A stretch of DNA of 64,000 nt, taken from the NCBI RefSeq assembly GCF_006345805.1, contig NC_042997.1, positions 43,028,001 through 43,092,000 on the forward strand, in the 5' to 3' direction. The translations under genes and the position numbers were made by a program. Numbering within the stretch: position 1 is the first letter of the stretch; each line of letters starts with the position of its first letter. This DNA is from Octopus sinensis (lineage: Eukaryota). Under the pieces are notes generated by a model. The model was not told the origin of the DNA. It saw only the letters and a list, made by a program, of their open reading frames with translations, and searched no databases. Shown here piece by piece: positions 40,607-54,300 of this stretch.

Positions 40607-40814
40607 TCTCTTTCACTTGTTTCAGTCATTTGACTGCGGCCATGCTGGAGCACCGCCTTTAGTCGAGCAAATTGACCCCGGGACTTATTCTTTGTAAGCC
40701 CAGTACTTATTCTATCGGTCTCTTTTGCCGAACTGCTAAGTGACGGGGACGTAAACACACCAGCATCGGTTGTCAAGCAATGCTAGGGGGACAAACACAG
40801 ACACACAAACATAT

Positions 40815-40863
<49 letters not shown>

Positions 40864-40996
40864 TACGACAGGCTTCTTTCAGTTTCCGTCTACCAAATCC
40901 ACTCACAAGGCATTGGTCGGCCCGGGGCTATAGCAGAAGACACTTGCCCAAGATGGTTGGTTAGCAAGCTACTTACCACACAGCCACTCCTGCGCC
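40607..40996 (-). mobile_element. tRNA-derived SINE, family A, with the B-box region deleted
   Basis: Matches 471-866 but jumps cccaag|atggttgg. Confidence 0.82.
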
Positions 40997-41199
40997 TATT
41001 TTATTATAACAGGAACTTAAATTCAACATCATCTACAAATCCATTTGTAGCTTATCAGTTCAAAATGAAAAAGTTTATTCTAATATTGCTTATTTTTCTG
41101 TGTCCAAAATTTATGAGTCAAAAACATGTAGAGATTACTCTATATTTTTACTAGAAGTTCAAAGGTCATATATGCATGTATGTATTAGTGTGTGCATAT

Positions 41200-41230
<31 letters not shown>

Positions 41231-41238
<8 letters not shown>

Positions 41239-41499
41239 GTTGTATACTGTCAATCTAACAAGAACGTGACAGTAGGGGGTACACCACCGCTGTATAGCCC
41301 TAGGAAGCATCGAACGCCTCCTGATAGCTTTGACACATTTTTTCCCTGTGTCCTTATATACATATACGAAGGGGAGACAAACACCCCCGGCTGCCGGAAC
41401 TGCATCTAGGGAGGCGTTCGATGCTTCCTAGGGCTATACAGCTGTGGTGTACCCCCTACTGTCACGTTCTTGTTAGATTTACAGTATACAACCATTCTA
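41231..41499. mobile_element. MITE with ~90-bp terminal inverted repeats
   Basis: agaatggttgtatactgt...cgaacgcctcc (41232-41321) is the near-exact reverse complement of 41410-41498; spacer about 88 nt. Confidence 0.8.
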
Positions 41500-42017
41500 T
41501 CGCCCCACCACCGTACATGTCTCTACGAGAGATTTAGAAATTCAATATTTCTTATATATATATATATATATATACACATACAGACAGACAGACAGACACA
41601 CAGATGTGCGTGCGTGTGTGTGTAAAACAGAATTCTTCCCATTGTTATCATTATCAAGACTATTTTGTTCTTGCATGAGATAAAGATGAGAAGGTTAGCT
41701 GCAGGTAACTGGTTTAGATACACCCTTCTGTAACTTACTGAAACACTACAATTGAGATAGGTATATTTGTTCCAATATCAACATGTACACACACACACGC
41801 ACATATCTCTCTTACAGCATTCATACAATATTTCTTGATAAGTTAAAACTGTTTTTCGGATGCTTTTGCTGTAGTTTTCTCTCCCCACACTGAGTTAGTG
41901 ATATAACTGGTTGAGAATATGCAAGTTTACTAGGGTAATCTTGCATGTTCTCTCTTGCCATTTATCTTAGAATCTTTATCAAAGCTCTTATTTCAGACAT
42001 TATTATTAAATTTTAGT

Positions 42018-42400
42018 GGAGGCGCAATGGCCCAGTGGTTAGGGCAGCGGACTCGTGGTCATAGGATCGCGGTTTCGATTCCCAGACCGGGCGTTGTGAG
42101 TGTTTACTGAGCGAAAACACCTAAGCTCCACAGGGCTCTGGCAGGGGATGGTGGTGATCCCTGTTGTACTCTTTCACCACAACTTTCTCTCACTCTTACT
42201 TCCTGTTTCTGTTGTACCTGTATTTCAAAGGGCCGGCCTTGTCACTCTCTGTGTCACGCTGAATATCCCCGAGAACTACGTTAAGGGTACACGTGTCTGT
42301 GGAGTGCTCAGTCACTTACACGTTAATTTCACGAGCAGGCTGTTCCGTTGATTCTGATCAACCGGAACCCTCGTCGTCGTAACCGACGGAGTGCTTCCTA
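42018..42400 (+). mobile_element. tRNA-derived SINE, family B (young copy)
   Basis: Near-identical to 7123-7508; TSD attaaatttta at 42005-42015 and 42407-42417. Confidence 0.88.
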
Positions 42401-42579
42401 AAAAAAATTAAATTTTAATATGTTGGTGGATTGGTAGAACTGTTAGAGCATGAGAAAACTTCTCAGCAATTTCTCTTCTGGTTCTTTGTGTTCTGTTTTC
42501 AAATCCTACTGAGATCAACTTTGCTTTTCATCCAACTGGGATTCAAGAGAGTAAAGTACCAGTCTCACAATGAACACAG

Positions 42580-44140
42580 CTGGCACCACTTGGATACACC
42601 TCTCTGGAAATCCAAGAGAGTTTTTACTTAGTTCTGCAAGGCCATCAACTGAAACATGAGGAGTATTTTCATACAATCACACCACCTCCACCACCTCCCA
42701 AAGTGCAGATGACCCTTTTGGTCTTTTGCCAAAAGGATTTCACCAACTTTCTCAATTGTGATGATTTTCTAAATAGTATTCCTGCAGAGAAAGCTTCCAC
42801 ATGAGGTGTTCCCTTTGCATTTAATTCCATACTGCACACACAAGATAACTCTACTCCAAAACTATCTAACTCCATTCTACCAGATCCACCATCACATATA
42901 TACACAAATAAAATGTTAAATCACTTCCAGTCACTTCAGACTAACAAAAATTACTGACCCTCACAATGTCCCTTCCATTACCATCAAAGAATGCATGCCA
43001 AGCCTAACCCCTATTCTCAACAAATTCTTCAGTATCTCTCTCTTTCTCTCTTGCGGTCTATCCTGATCTTTAGAAACATGCTACAGCAGGGTCTATTCCC
43101 TAAAACAGTAACCTCAACAACCCGGTGAACTAATTCATCTGTTACTCTCTTGTTTTAAATATCTGAAAGTGGGTGGAGATAGTCATTAGCATTCTTCAAA
43201 ACCTTGAATTCCTATCCCTCTTTAATGGCCACAATGGTATGATTTCAGTAACACCAGATCGACTGAAGTGTGTCAAGGAGGAGCTCACCCTGATCCACAC
43301 TGATGTGTCCCAGGGTTTGAATTTTTTTGCCTTTCATATTCTTCCTTGTATATATCAATGCCCTACTTGCCATCACCTTCAATGTTGCTCTCCCGAGCAG
43401 ATTATACCACATTTCAGGCCTCCTTCACCCTACAAACCTACATGTCATCTGCATCGGAAAACAATACACCCTCCACTCATATCTAAACATGAACAAAATG
43501 CAACTGGAATCCTCAAAATCCCCAAAATATGGTAGGGGCTTATCATCACTGAAGATCTGACAATTACAAACCCTCAGCATAGGAAATCCTGGCCTCTTTT
43601 GTTCAGGGCCAGAAAATACATTAGCCCCTAATAACTACTAACCCTTTACAAAGCTAAAGTGAGACATACAATGGTGTACTGTTTCCTCATATCAAGGACA
43701 GTTGTTACTGCTGCTGCTGTTATTACTACACAGACAAAATAGACCACCAAAGAAGACCACCCAAAACATGGGTCTTCGCTCTGCTTTGTCCTACTACTAT
43801 GACATTGACCTCGGCTCTTCATCTTCACTCAGTCCCGTGACTCACTTGCCTCTCTTCCTCTTGTTATTAATAACGTATCCAACTCTACAAACTCAACTCT
43901 ATTACATCTAGTGCTTTCTCTCTTGAACATAAGCTCTCTAGAAACTCCTTCCCTGCACTTCTTCCTGCAATTGTTCAAGGAGAACGTGATGATCCAACCT
44001 CTGTCAGCATGGAAAAGTGAGACATAAAGTGATGATGTTGACACTATTGCTAACGAACTCCCCCAACGACTGACACTTAAACCAGCACTGCACAGTTTAG
44101 AAAGTTGCAATAGCACTAGTGCTACATGATAAAATTGCCA
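42580..44140 (+). mobile_element. Highly decayed non-LTR retrotransposon RT region (CR1/Jockey-like)
   Basis: Remnants ILNKFFS, LFRARKY and LYKAKVRHTMVYC typical of LINE RT and its C-terminus; many stops. Confidence 0.55.
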
Positions 44141-44529
44141 TAGGATTAAATGTTGATTTCAAATAAAAGTAAATAAATGTTAAGATAAGACAAAGGCAAC
44201 CCTAACACACATTATGAGCTTCTTTCAGCTTTCATCTACCAAATCAGCTCATAAGGCTTTGGTTGGCTAAGGGCCCAAAGTGCTGTGCAGTGGGAATGAA
44301 CCCAAAACCCAGCCATGTCTGTGCCTAAAATATTTCTGATGCTAATTCTGAATAATAAGCAGCAGACAAATAATGGGATTTTGATTTTGAATTTCAATTC
44401 TACAATCATAACAAAGAATGTTTTTTTGGCATTTCACATCAATTTTGAAATATTCTCTTTTAGTTTCACACAAAAGGAGCAGCTACACATTGCTTCTGGT
44501 ATTTGTACAAAATGAAAGTTTGATGTCAG

Positions 44530-45105
44530 TCATCATCATCGTTTAACATCCGCTTTCCATGCTGGCATGGATTGGACAATTTGACTGAGGATTGGCAAAC
44601 CAGATGGCTGCACCAGGCCCCAATCTGACCTGGCAGAGTTTCTACAGCTGGATGCCATTCCTAACGCCAACCACTCCAAGAGTGTAGTGGGTACTTTTAC
44701 GTGTCACTGGCATGAGGGCCAGTCAGGCAGTACTGGCGACGGCCACACTCAAATGGTGTTTTTTACGTGCCAGGAGCCAGTCCAGCAGCACTGGCAACGG
44801 CCTTGCTCGAATGTTTTTCCACGTGCCACCGGCATGGAAGCCAGTTAGCTGCACTGGCAACGATCACGCTCGGATGGTGCTCTTACCGCTCCATTAGCAC
44901 GGATGCCAGTCATCGAATTTGATTTCGATTTCACTTACCTCAACAGGTCTTCGCAAACAGAGTTTAGTGTCCAATGAAAGAAAGGTACGCATAAGTGGAC
45001 TGGTTACACACCTGGCATAGGCCACGAGGTTATGGTCTCACTTGGCTTGCTGGGTCTTCTCAAGCACAGCATATTTCCAAAGGTCTCGGTCACTAGTCAT
45101 TGTCT
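44530..45105 (-). mobile_element. RTE-LINE 3' UTR fragment
   Basis: (CAT)n tail, terminal module, three diverged units and the ORF-end sequence. Confidence 0.78.
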
Positions 45106-45387
45106 CAAAATGGTACTAGAAAGTCCCCAACAACTCTCCTTTCAATTGCAACTCATTTTGTCAAAAGGAAACTTGTCTGTATAACATTTTAAACTAGTCT
45201 TAACCAGATTTTTTTACAATAGGTGCACCATATCCTTACATGTTGTAGAGGCAACTAAAAACAGTATCAAGAAGGATATCCAATTGTAAAACATGCTTCA
45301 CAAAGACCTGTGTAACCTGTATTGGTATGGACTGGATGGAAAAGCAGGTGTAAAGACAATGATGACATGATCGTATAATCCACTTAC

Positions 45388-45561
45388 CTTTAATGTTATG
45401 AAGATGGAATGTATTTTCCAAAATATTCATCATTTTCTTCTGGCCATTACGGCTAGTTAAGTTAAGAAATAACATGGCATCAAGAACCGCATGGAAAGAA
45501 GGAATTTTTTGAAGCCTTTGATGTAAATGATCTGCATGGATAAGAGCAGCTAAACCTCCAG
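45388..45561 (-). CDS. Pectin acetylesterase/NOTUM-family hydrolase, exon C
   Basis: ttcttgactag|CT GGA GGT...AAA G|gtaagt; 174 nt, phase 1 to 1. Translates (A)GGLAALIHADHLHQRLQKIPSFHAVLDAMLFLNLTSRNGQKKMMNILENTFHLHNIK and completes GSSAGG across the 154-bp intron. Confidence 0.92.
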
Positions 45562-45715
45562 CTAGTCAAGAATAAAGAAAACAAATTACAATCAATGTGT
45601 TGTGAAGCAATACAAGGAATCAAAATTTTTTTTTTTTCAGAAAATAATAAGTCAAACAGATGCAAATTTGAGAGAGAGAGAAAAGAGAGTGAGAGAAAGA
45701 GAGAAATTTATTTAC

Positions 45716-45856
45716 CTGATGAACCACTCAGGATAACTTTCTTAGCAGATCCTAAGTTAGTTTCAATAAGCAGGAAGTCAATAATAGCATCAAATATAGA
45801 CGCACCTCTCAGGTAAATATTCCTAGAGTTGTACACAATTGGCTGTGAGCGATTTC
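45716..45856 (-). CDS. Pectin acetylesterase/NOTUM-family hydrolase, exon B
   Basis: tttatttag|GA AAT...TCA TCA G|gtaaat; 141 nt, phase 1 to 1. Translates (G)NRSQPIVYNSRNIYLRGASIFDAIIDFLLIETNLGSAKKVILSGSS, the YxRG motif plus the first half of the G-S-S-A-G-G nucleophile elbow. Not listed in the ORF track. Confidence 0.92.
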
Positions 45857-46520
45857 CTAAATAAATATAAGAAATAAAGCTTTTATTTTTCAGTTGTCAA
45901 AGAGGACGTCTATACATCAATAAAAATGATTTACAGGTAGATGTGCTTGAGTTTAACTTCAGTCTTGGCAGAGGTTAACCATTTTCAGTTACTATATTTC
46001 TGCTGAAATCCATTGTTGTAATTTCAGTTAATTTTGAAAGTAATGAACATTTTAACGAAACAACTGTTATTAATTAAGCTGGTATAAGGCAGCAAGCTGG
46101 CAGAATCATTAACAAAATGCTTTGTGGTATTTCATGTTATGTTCTGAGTTCAGATTCTGCTGAGGTCAATTTTGTCTTTCATCTTTTCTGGGTCCATAAA
46201 ATAAGTACTAACTGAGCGCTGGGGTTGATATAACCAACTCAGCCCCTCCCTTGAAATTTCTAGCCTTGTGCTAAAATTTGAAACCATTAATAAACTGGTG
46301 TTTTTGAACATGAATTAACATGAAATTTTGACGGAAGGTTTTAATTTAATTTAACTTTAAAACAGAAGTTTGTATCATAACCTCAAAGGTGATGTCAGGT
46401 GGTATGGTGCTTGTGAATGACACTAGTCTAACACAGTTAACTTTTCCAGGTGCCTAATCTCTACAGCTGGGCATGAGCTGAGGTACAAATTAACAAATAT
46501 ATAACAAAGTATCTTGCTCA

Positions 46521-48382
46521 GTGGTACTAAATAAGGCAATTAAGTGTATGAAAACAGGGAAAGCCCCTGGCCCATCAGGAATCACTGTAGAAATGCTTAA
46601 AATATTTGGCAGTGTTGGATATAGTCTAGTCACCTGTATAGTCAATCAGGTGATACTTGAAGGAGTCATACTCAATGACTGGTGTAGCAACACCATAGTC
46701 AATTGCTACAAAGGTGATGCATTAGGTAGGAATAATTACAGAGGTATCAAGTTGTTAGATCAGGTTATGAAAGTGACGGAGTGGGTCATAGCCCAACTAA
46801 TTAGGGTGAGAGTCAGTTTAGATGAGATGCAGTTTGGGTTTGTGCCAGGGAAAAGCTGGTAAGATAGCTGCAGGAGAAATACCTAGCCAGAGATAAACCT
46901 CTGTACCGGGCTTTCGTTGACATGGAGAAAGCCTTTGATAAGGTCCTCCAATCCCTTATCTGGTAGTCAATACAGAAACTAGGGATAGATAAGTGGTTAG
47001 TGAGAGCTGTACAAGCCATGTACAGGGACACTGTCAGTAAGGTGAGGGTTGGTGATGAGTATAGTGAAGAATTCTGGATAGAGGTAGGGTTTCACCAAGG
47101 ATTAGTTCTCAGCCCTCTCTTATTTATCATAGTCTTCCAGGCAATAACAGAAGGAATTCAAGACAGGATACCACTGGGAGCTTCTCTATGCTGATGAACT
47201 TGCTCTAATAGCTGAGTCACTATCAAAACTAGAGAAGTTTCAGGTGTGGTAACAAGGTCTAGAAGTGAAGGGCCTTAAAGTTAATCCAGCACAACCCAAA
47301 GTCTTAATAAGTAGGAAGGCAGACAAATCACAAATTCCTTCTGGAGAGATGGTCCCGCTCGATCTGAAGAGAAAGCATAGGTAGAAACTCCATAAGATGT
47401 ACTCAGTCTAACTAAGAGGTGTAGCAATATCAAAGGAAGGCTAACTGGGAAAATAGTTTTTGTGTGTAGCAAATGCTCAGGGGCAATAAACACTGAAAAT
47501 GTTCAGAAAACAGCTTCCGTCACATGCCAGAGGGAAAAACTAGAAGTAGTTCACAACTTCCATTACCTAGGTGACCAAATCAGTGGCAGGAGTAGATGCT
47601 CTGAGAGTGTAGCTGCTAGAATAAGAATAGCCTGGCAAAGATCAGAGAGCTCCTACCTCTGCTGGTAACAAAGGGCCTCTCGCTCAGAGTAAAAGGTAGA
47701 GTGTATGATGCATGTGTGTGAACAGCCATGCTACATGGCAGTGAAACTGGGCCGTGACTGCTAAGGACATGCGTAAGTTTGCAAAGAATGAAGCCAGTAT
47801 GCTCTGCTGGATGTGTAATGTCAGTGTGCATACACAACAGAGTGTAAGCATCATGAGAGAAAAGTTGGACATAAGAAGCATCAGATGTGGTGTGCAAGAG
47901 AGACAACTGTGCTAGTATGGTCATGTGTTGCATATGGATGAGGACAGATATGTGAAAAAGTGTCACATCCTAGCAGTAGAGGGAACCTGTGGAAGACATA
48001 TGCCCAGGGAGACATGGGATGAGGTGGTGAAGCACAACCATCAAACATTGGCCCTCATGGAGGTGATGACAAGTGATTGAGACCTTTGGAGATATGCTGT
48101 GCTTGAGAAGACCCGGCAAGTCAAGTAAGACCTTAACTGTGGCCTATGCCAGTGCAGCATAACCAACCCATTTAAGAGTACCCTTCTATCATTGGGCAAT
48201 AAACTGCGCTTGCGAAAACCTGTTGAGGCAAGTGAAGTCACTGTTGTGGCCAATGTCAGTACCACCTGATTGGTACTTGTGCCGGTGACATGTAAAAAGT
48301 ACCATTCGAATATGATCGTTGCCAGTGTCACATAAAGAGTACCATTCGAGCACGGTCCACACCAGTACCGGTTAACTGGTCC
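46521..48382 (+). mobile_element. Defective RTE-clade LINE (RT domain to 3' UTR)
   Basis: KAPGPSGITVEMLK, NYRGIKLL, QFGFVPG, FVDMEKAFD, HQGLVLSPLLF, LLYADE (YADD position), CSKC and TWDEVV, with frameshifts and stops. Confidence 0.9.
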
Positions 48383-51300
48383 CGTGCCGGTGGCATGTAA
48401 AAAGCACCATTCGAGCATGGTCTTTGCCAGTGCCGCCTTGCTGGCTCCCGTGCCAGTGGTATGTAAAAAGCACCATTCGAGCATGGTCTTTGCCAGTGCT
48501 GCCTTGCTGGCTCCCGTGCCAGTGGTATGTAAAAAGCACCATTCGAGCATGGTCTTTGCCAGTGCCGCCTTGCTGGCTCCCGTGCCAGTGGCATGTAAAA
48601 AGCACCATTCGAATATGGTCTTTGCCAGTGCCGCCTTGCTGGCTCCCGTGCCAGTGGCATGTAAAAAGCACCATTCGAGCATGGTCTTTGCCAGTGCCGC
48701 CTGCTGGCTCCCGTGCCAGTGGCATGTAAAAAGCACCATTCGAGCATGGTCTTTGCCAGTGCCGCCTTGCTGGCTCCCGTGCCAGTGGCATGTAAAAAGC
48801 ACCATTCGAGCATGGTCTTTGCCAGTGCCGCCTTGCTGGCTCCCGTGCCAGTGGCATGTAAAAAGCACCATTCGAGCATGGTCTTTGCCAGTGCCGCCTT
48901 GCTGGCTCCCGTGCCAGTGGCATGTAAAAAGCACCATTCGAGCATGGTCTTTGCCAGTGCCGCCTTGCTGGCTCCCGTGCCAGTGGCATGTAAAAAGCAC
49001 CATTCGAGCATGGTCTTTGCCAGTGCCGCCTTGCTGGCTCCCGTGCCAGTGGCATGTAAAAAGCACCATTCGAGCATGGTCTTTGCCAGTGCCGCCTTGC
49101 TGGCTCCCGTGCCAGTGGCATGTAAAAAGCACCATTCGAGCATGGTCTTTGCCAGTGCCGCCTTGCTGGCTCCCGTGCCAGTGGCATGTAAAAAGCACCA
49201 TTCGAGCATGGTCTTTGCCAGTGCCGCCTTGCTGGCTCCGTGCCAGTGGCATGTAAAAAGCACCATTCGAGCATGGTCTTTGCCAGTGCCGCCTTGCTGG
49301 CTCCCGTGCCAGTGGCATGTAAAAAGCACCATTCGAGCATGGTCTTTGCCAGTGCCGCCTTGCTGGCTCCCGTGCCAGTGGCATGTAAAAAGCACCATTC
49401 GAGCATGGTCTTTGCCAGTGCCGCCTTGCTGGCTCCCGTGCCAGTGGCATGTAAAAAGCACCATTCGAGCATGGTCTTTGCCAGTGGCCTTGCTGGCTCC
49501 CGTGCCAGTGGCATGTAAAAAGCACCATTCGAGCATGGTCTTTGCCAGTGCCGCCTTGCTGGCTCCCGTGCCAGTGGCATGTAAAAAGCACCATTCGAGC
49601 ATGGTCTTTGCCAGTGCCGCCTTGCTGGCTCCCGTGCCAGTGGCATGTAAAAAGCACCATTCGAGCATGGTCTTTGCCAGTGCCGCCTTGCTGGCTCCCG
49701 TGCCAGTGGCATGTAAAAAGCACCATTCGAGCATGGTCTTTGCCAGTGCCGCCTTGCTGGCTCCCGTGCCAGTGGCATGTAAAAAGCACCATTCGAGCAT
49801 GGTCTTTGCCAGTGCCGCCTTGCTGGCTCCCGTGCCAGTGGCATGTAAAAAGCACCATTCGAGCATGGTCTTTGCCAGTGCCGCCTTGCTGGCTCCCGTG
49901 CCAGTGGCATGTAAAAAGCACCATTCGAGCATGGTCTTTGCCAGTGCCGCCTTGCTGGCTCCCGTGCCAGTGGCATGTAAAAAGCACCATTCGAGCATGG
50001 TCTTTGCCAGTGCCGCCTTGCTGGCTCCCGTGCCAGTGGCATGTAAAAAGCACCATTCGAGCATGGTCTTTGCCAGTGCCGCCTTGCTGGCTCCCGTGCC
50101 AGTGGCATGTAAAAAGCACCATTCGAGCATGGTCTTTGCCAGTGCCGCCTTGCTGGCTCCCGTGCCAGTGGCATGTAAAAAGCACCATTCGAGCATGGTC
50201 TTTGCCAGTGCCGCCTTGCTGGCTCCCGTGCCAGTGGCATGTAAAAAGCACCATTCGAGCATGGTCTTTGCCAGTGCCGCCTTGCTGGCTCCCGTGCCAG
50301 TGGCATGTAAAAAGCACCATTCGAGCATGGTCTTTGCCAGTGCCGCCTTGCTGGCTCCCGTGCCAGTGGCATGTAAAAAGCACCATTCGAGCATGGTCTT
50401 TGCCAGTGCGCCTTGCTGGCTCCCGTGCCAGTGGCATGTAAAAGCACCATTCGAGCATGGTCTTTGCCAGTGCCGCCTTGCTGGCTCCCGTGCCAGTGGC
50501 ATGTAAAAAGCACCATTCGAGCATGGTCTTTGCCAGTGCCGCCTTGCTGGCTCCCGTGCCAGTGGCATGTAAAAAGCACCATTCGAGCATGGTCTTTGCC
50601 AGTGCCGCCTTGCTGGCTCCCGTGCCAGTGGCATGTAAAAAGCACCATTCGAGCATGGTCTTTGCCAGTGCCGCCTTGCTGGCTCCCGTGCCAGTGGCAT
50701 GTAAAAAGCACCATTCGAGCATGGTCTTTGCCAGTGCCGCCTTGCTGGCTCCCGTGCCAGTGGCATGTAAAAAGCACCATTCGAGCATGGTCTTTGCCAG
50801 TGCCGCCTTGCTGGCTCCCGTGCCAGTGGCATGTAAAAAGCACCATTCGAGCATGGTCTGGTCTTTTGCCAGTGCCGCCTTGCTGGCTCCCGTGCCAGTG
50901 GCATGTAAAAAGCACCATTCGAGCATGGTCTTTGCCAGTGCCGCCTTGCTGGCTCCCGTGCCAGTGGCATGTAAAAAGCACCATTCGAGCATGGTCTTTG
51001 CCAGTGCCGCCTTGCTGGCTCCCGTGCCAGTGGCATGTAAAAAGCACCATTCGAGCATGGTCTTTGCCAGTGCCGCCTTGCTGGCTCCCGTGCCAGTGGC
51101 ATGTAAAAAGCACCATTCGAGCATGGTCTTTGCCAGTGCCGCCTTGCTGGCTCCCGTGCCAGTGGCATGTAAAAAGCACCATTCGAGCATGGTCTTTGCC
51201 AGTGCCGCCTTGCTGGCTCCCGTGCCAGTGGCATGTAAAAAGCACCATTCGAGCATGGTCTTTGCCAGTGCCGCCTTGCTGGCTCCCGTGCCAGTGGCAT

Positions 51301-54300
51301 GTAAAAAGCACCATTCGAGCATGGTCTTTGCCAGTGCCGCCTTGCTGGCTCCCGTGCCAGTGGCATGTAAAAAGCACCATTCGAGCATGGTCTTTGCCAG
51401 TGCCGCCTTGCTGGCTCCCGTGCCAGTGGCATGTAAAAAGCACCATTCGAGCATGGTCTTTGCCAGTGCCGCCTTGCTGGCTCCCGTGCCAGTGGCATGT
51501 AAAAAGCACCATTCGAGCATGGTCTTTGCCAGTGCCGCCTTGCTGGCTCCCGTGCCAGTGGTATGTAAAAAGCACCATTCGAGCATGGTCTTTGCCAGTG
51601 CCGCCTTGCTGGCTCCCGTGCCAGTGGTATGTAAAAAGCACCATTTGAGCATGGTCTTTGCCAGTGCTGCCTTGCTGGCTCCCGTGCCAGTGGCATGTAA
51701 AAAGCACCATTCGAGCATGGTCTTTGCCAGTGCCGCCTTGCTGGCTCCCGTGCCAGTGGCATGTAAAAAGCACCATTTGAGCATGGTCTTTGCCAGTGCT
51801 GCCTTGCTGGCTCCCGTGCCAGTGGTATGTAAAAAGCACCATTCGAGCATGGTCTTTGCCAGTGCCGCCTTGCTGGCTCCCGTGCCAGTGGCATGTAAAA
51901 GCACCATTCGAGCATGGTCTTTGCCAGTGCCGCCTTGCTGGCTCCCGTGCCAGTGGTTGTAAAAAGCACCATTCGAGCATGGTCTTTGCCAGTGCCGCCT
52001 TGCTGGCTCCCGTGCCAGTGGTATGTAAAAAGCACCATTCGAGCATGGTCTTTGCCAGTGCCGCCTTGCTGGCTCCCGTGCCAGTGGTATGTAAAAAGCA
52101 CCATTCGAGCATGGTCTTTGCCAGTGCCGCCTTGCTGGCTCCCGTGCCAGTGGTATGTAAAAAGCACCATTCGAGCATGGTCTTTGCCAGTGCCGCCTTG
52201 CTGGCTCCCGTGCCAGTGGTATGTAAAAAGCACCATTTGAGCATGGTCTTTGCCAGTGCTGCCTTGCTGGCTCCCGTGCCAGTGGCATGTAAAAAGCACC
52301 ATTCGAGCATGGTCTTTGCCAGTGCCGCCTTGCTGGCTCCCGTGCCAGTGGCATGTAAAAAGCACCATTTGAGCATGGTCTTTGCCAGTGCTGCCTTGCT
52401 GGCTCCCGTGCCAGTGGTATGTAAAAAGCACCATTCGAGCATGGTCTTTGCCAGTGCCGCCTTGCTGGCTCCCGTGCCAGTGGCATGTAAAAAGCACCAT
52501 TCGAGCATGGTCTTTGCCAGTGCCGCCTTGCTGGCTCCCGTGCCAGTGGTATGTAAAAAGCACCATTCGAGCATGGTCTTTGCCAGTGCCGCCTTGCTGG
52601 CTCCCGTGCCAGTGGCATGTAAAAAGCACCATTGAGCATGGTCTTTGCCAGTGCCGCCTTGCTGGCTCCCGTGCCAGTGGCATGTAAAAAGCACCATTCG
52701 AGCATGGTCTTTGCCAGTGCCGCCTTGCTGGCTCCCGTGCCAGTGGCATGTAAAAAGCACCATTCGAGCATGGTCTTGCCAGTGCCGCCTTGCTGGCTCC
52801 CGTGCCAGTGGCATGTAAAAAGCACCATTCGAGCATGGTCTTTGCCAGTGCCGCCTTGCTGGCTCCCGTGCCAGTGGCATGTAAAAAGCACCATTCGAGC
52901 ATGGTCTTTGCCAGTGCCGCCTTGCTGGCTCCCGTGCCAGTGGCATGTAAAAAGCACCATTCGAGCATGGTCTTTGCCAGTGCCGCCTTGCTGGCTCCCG
53001 TGCCAGTGGCATGTAAAAAGCACCATTCGAGCATGGTCTTTGCCAGTGCCGCCTTGCTGGCTCCCGTGCCAGTGGCATGTAAAAAGCACCATTCGAGCAT
53101 GGTCTTTGCCAGTGCCGCCTTGCTGGCTCCCGTGCCAGTGGCATGTAAAAAGCACCATTCGAGCATGGTCTTTGCCAGTGCCGCCTTGCTGGCTCCCGTG
53201 CCAGTGGCATGTAAAAAGCACCATTCGAGCATGGTCTTTGCCAGTGCCGCCTTGCTGGCTCCCGTGCCAGTGGCATGTAAAAAGCACCATTCGAGCATGG
53301 TCTTTGCCAGTGCCGCCTTGCTGGCTCCCGTGCCAGTGGCATGTAAAAAGCACCATTCGAGCATGGTCTTTGCCAGTGCCGCCTTGCTGGCTCCCGTGCC
53401 AGTGGCATGTAAAAAGCACCATTCGAGCATGGTCTTTGCCAGTGCCGCCTTGCTGGCTCCCGTGCCAGTGGCATGTAAAAAGCACCATTCGAGCATGGTC
53501 TTTGCCAGTGCCGCCTTGCTGGCTCCCGTGCCAGTGGCATGTAAAAAGCACCATTCGAGCATGGTCTTTGCCAGTGCCGCCTTGCTGGCTCCCGTGCCAG
53601 TGGCATGTAAAAAGCACCATTCGAGCATGGTCTTTGCCAGTGCCGCCTTGCTGGCTCCCGTGCCAGTGGCATGTAAAAAGCACCATTCGAGCATGGTCTT
53701 TGCCAGTGCCGCCTTGCTGGCTCCCGTGCCAGTGGCATGTAAAAAGCACCATTCGAGCATGGTCTTTGCCAGTGCCGCCTTGCTGGCTCCCGTGCCAGTG
53801 GCATGTAAAAAGCACCATTCGAGCATGGTCTTTGCCAGTGCCGCCTTGCTGGCTCCCGTGCCAGTGGCATGTAAAAAGCACCATTCGAGCATGGTCTTTG
53901 CCAGTGCCGCCTTGCTGGCTCCCGTGCCAGTGGCATGTAAAAAGCACCATTCGAGCATGGTCTTTGCCAGTGCCGCCTTGCTGGCTCCCGTGCCAGTGGC
54001 ATGTAAAAGCACCATTCGAGCATGGTCTTTGCCAGTGCCGCCTTGCTGGCTCCCGTGCCAGTGGCATGTAAAAAGCACCATTCGAGCATGGTCTTTGCCA
54101 GTGCCGCCTTGCTGGCTCCCGTGCCAGTGGCATGTAAAAAGCACCATTCGAGCATGGTCTTTGCCAGTGCCGCCTTGCTGGCTCCCGTGCCAGTGGCATG
54201 TAAAAAGCACCATTCGAGCATGGTCTTTGCCAGTGCCGCCTTGCTGGCTCCCGTGCCAGTGGCATGTAAAAAGCACCATTCGAGCATGGTCTTTGCCAGT

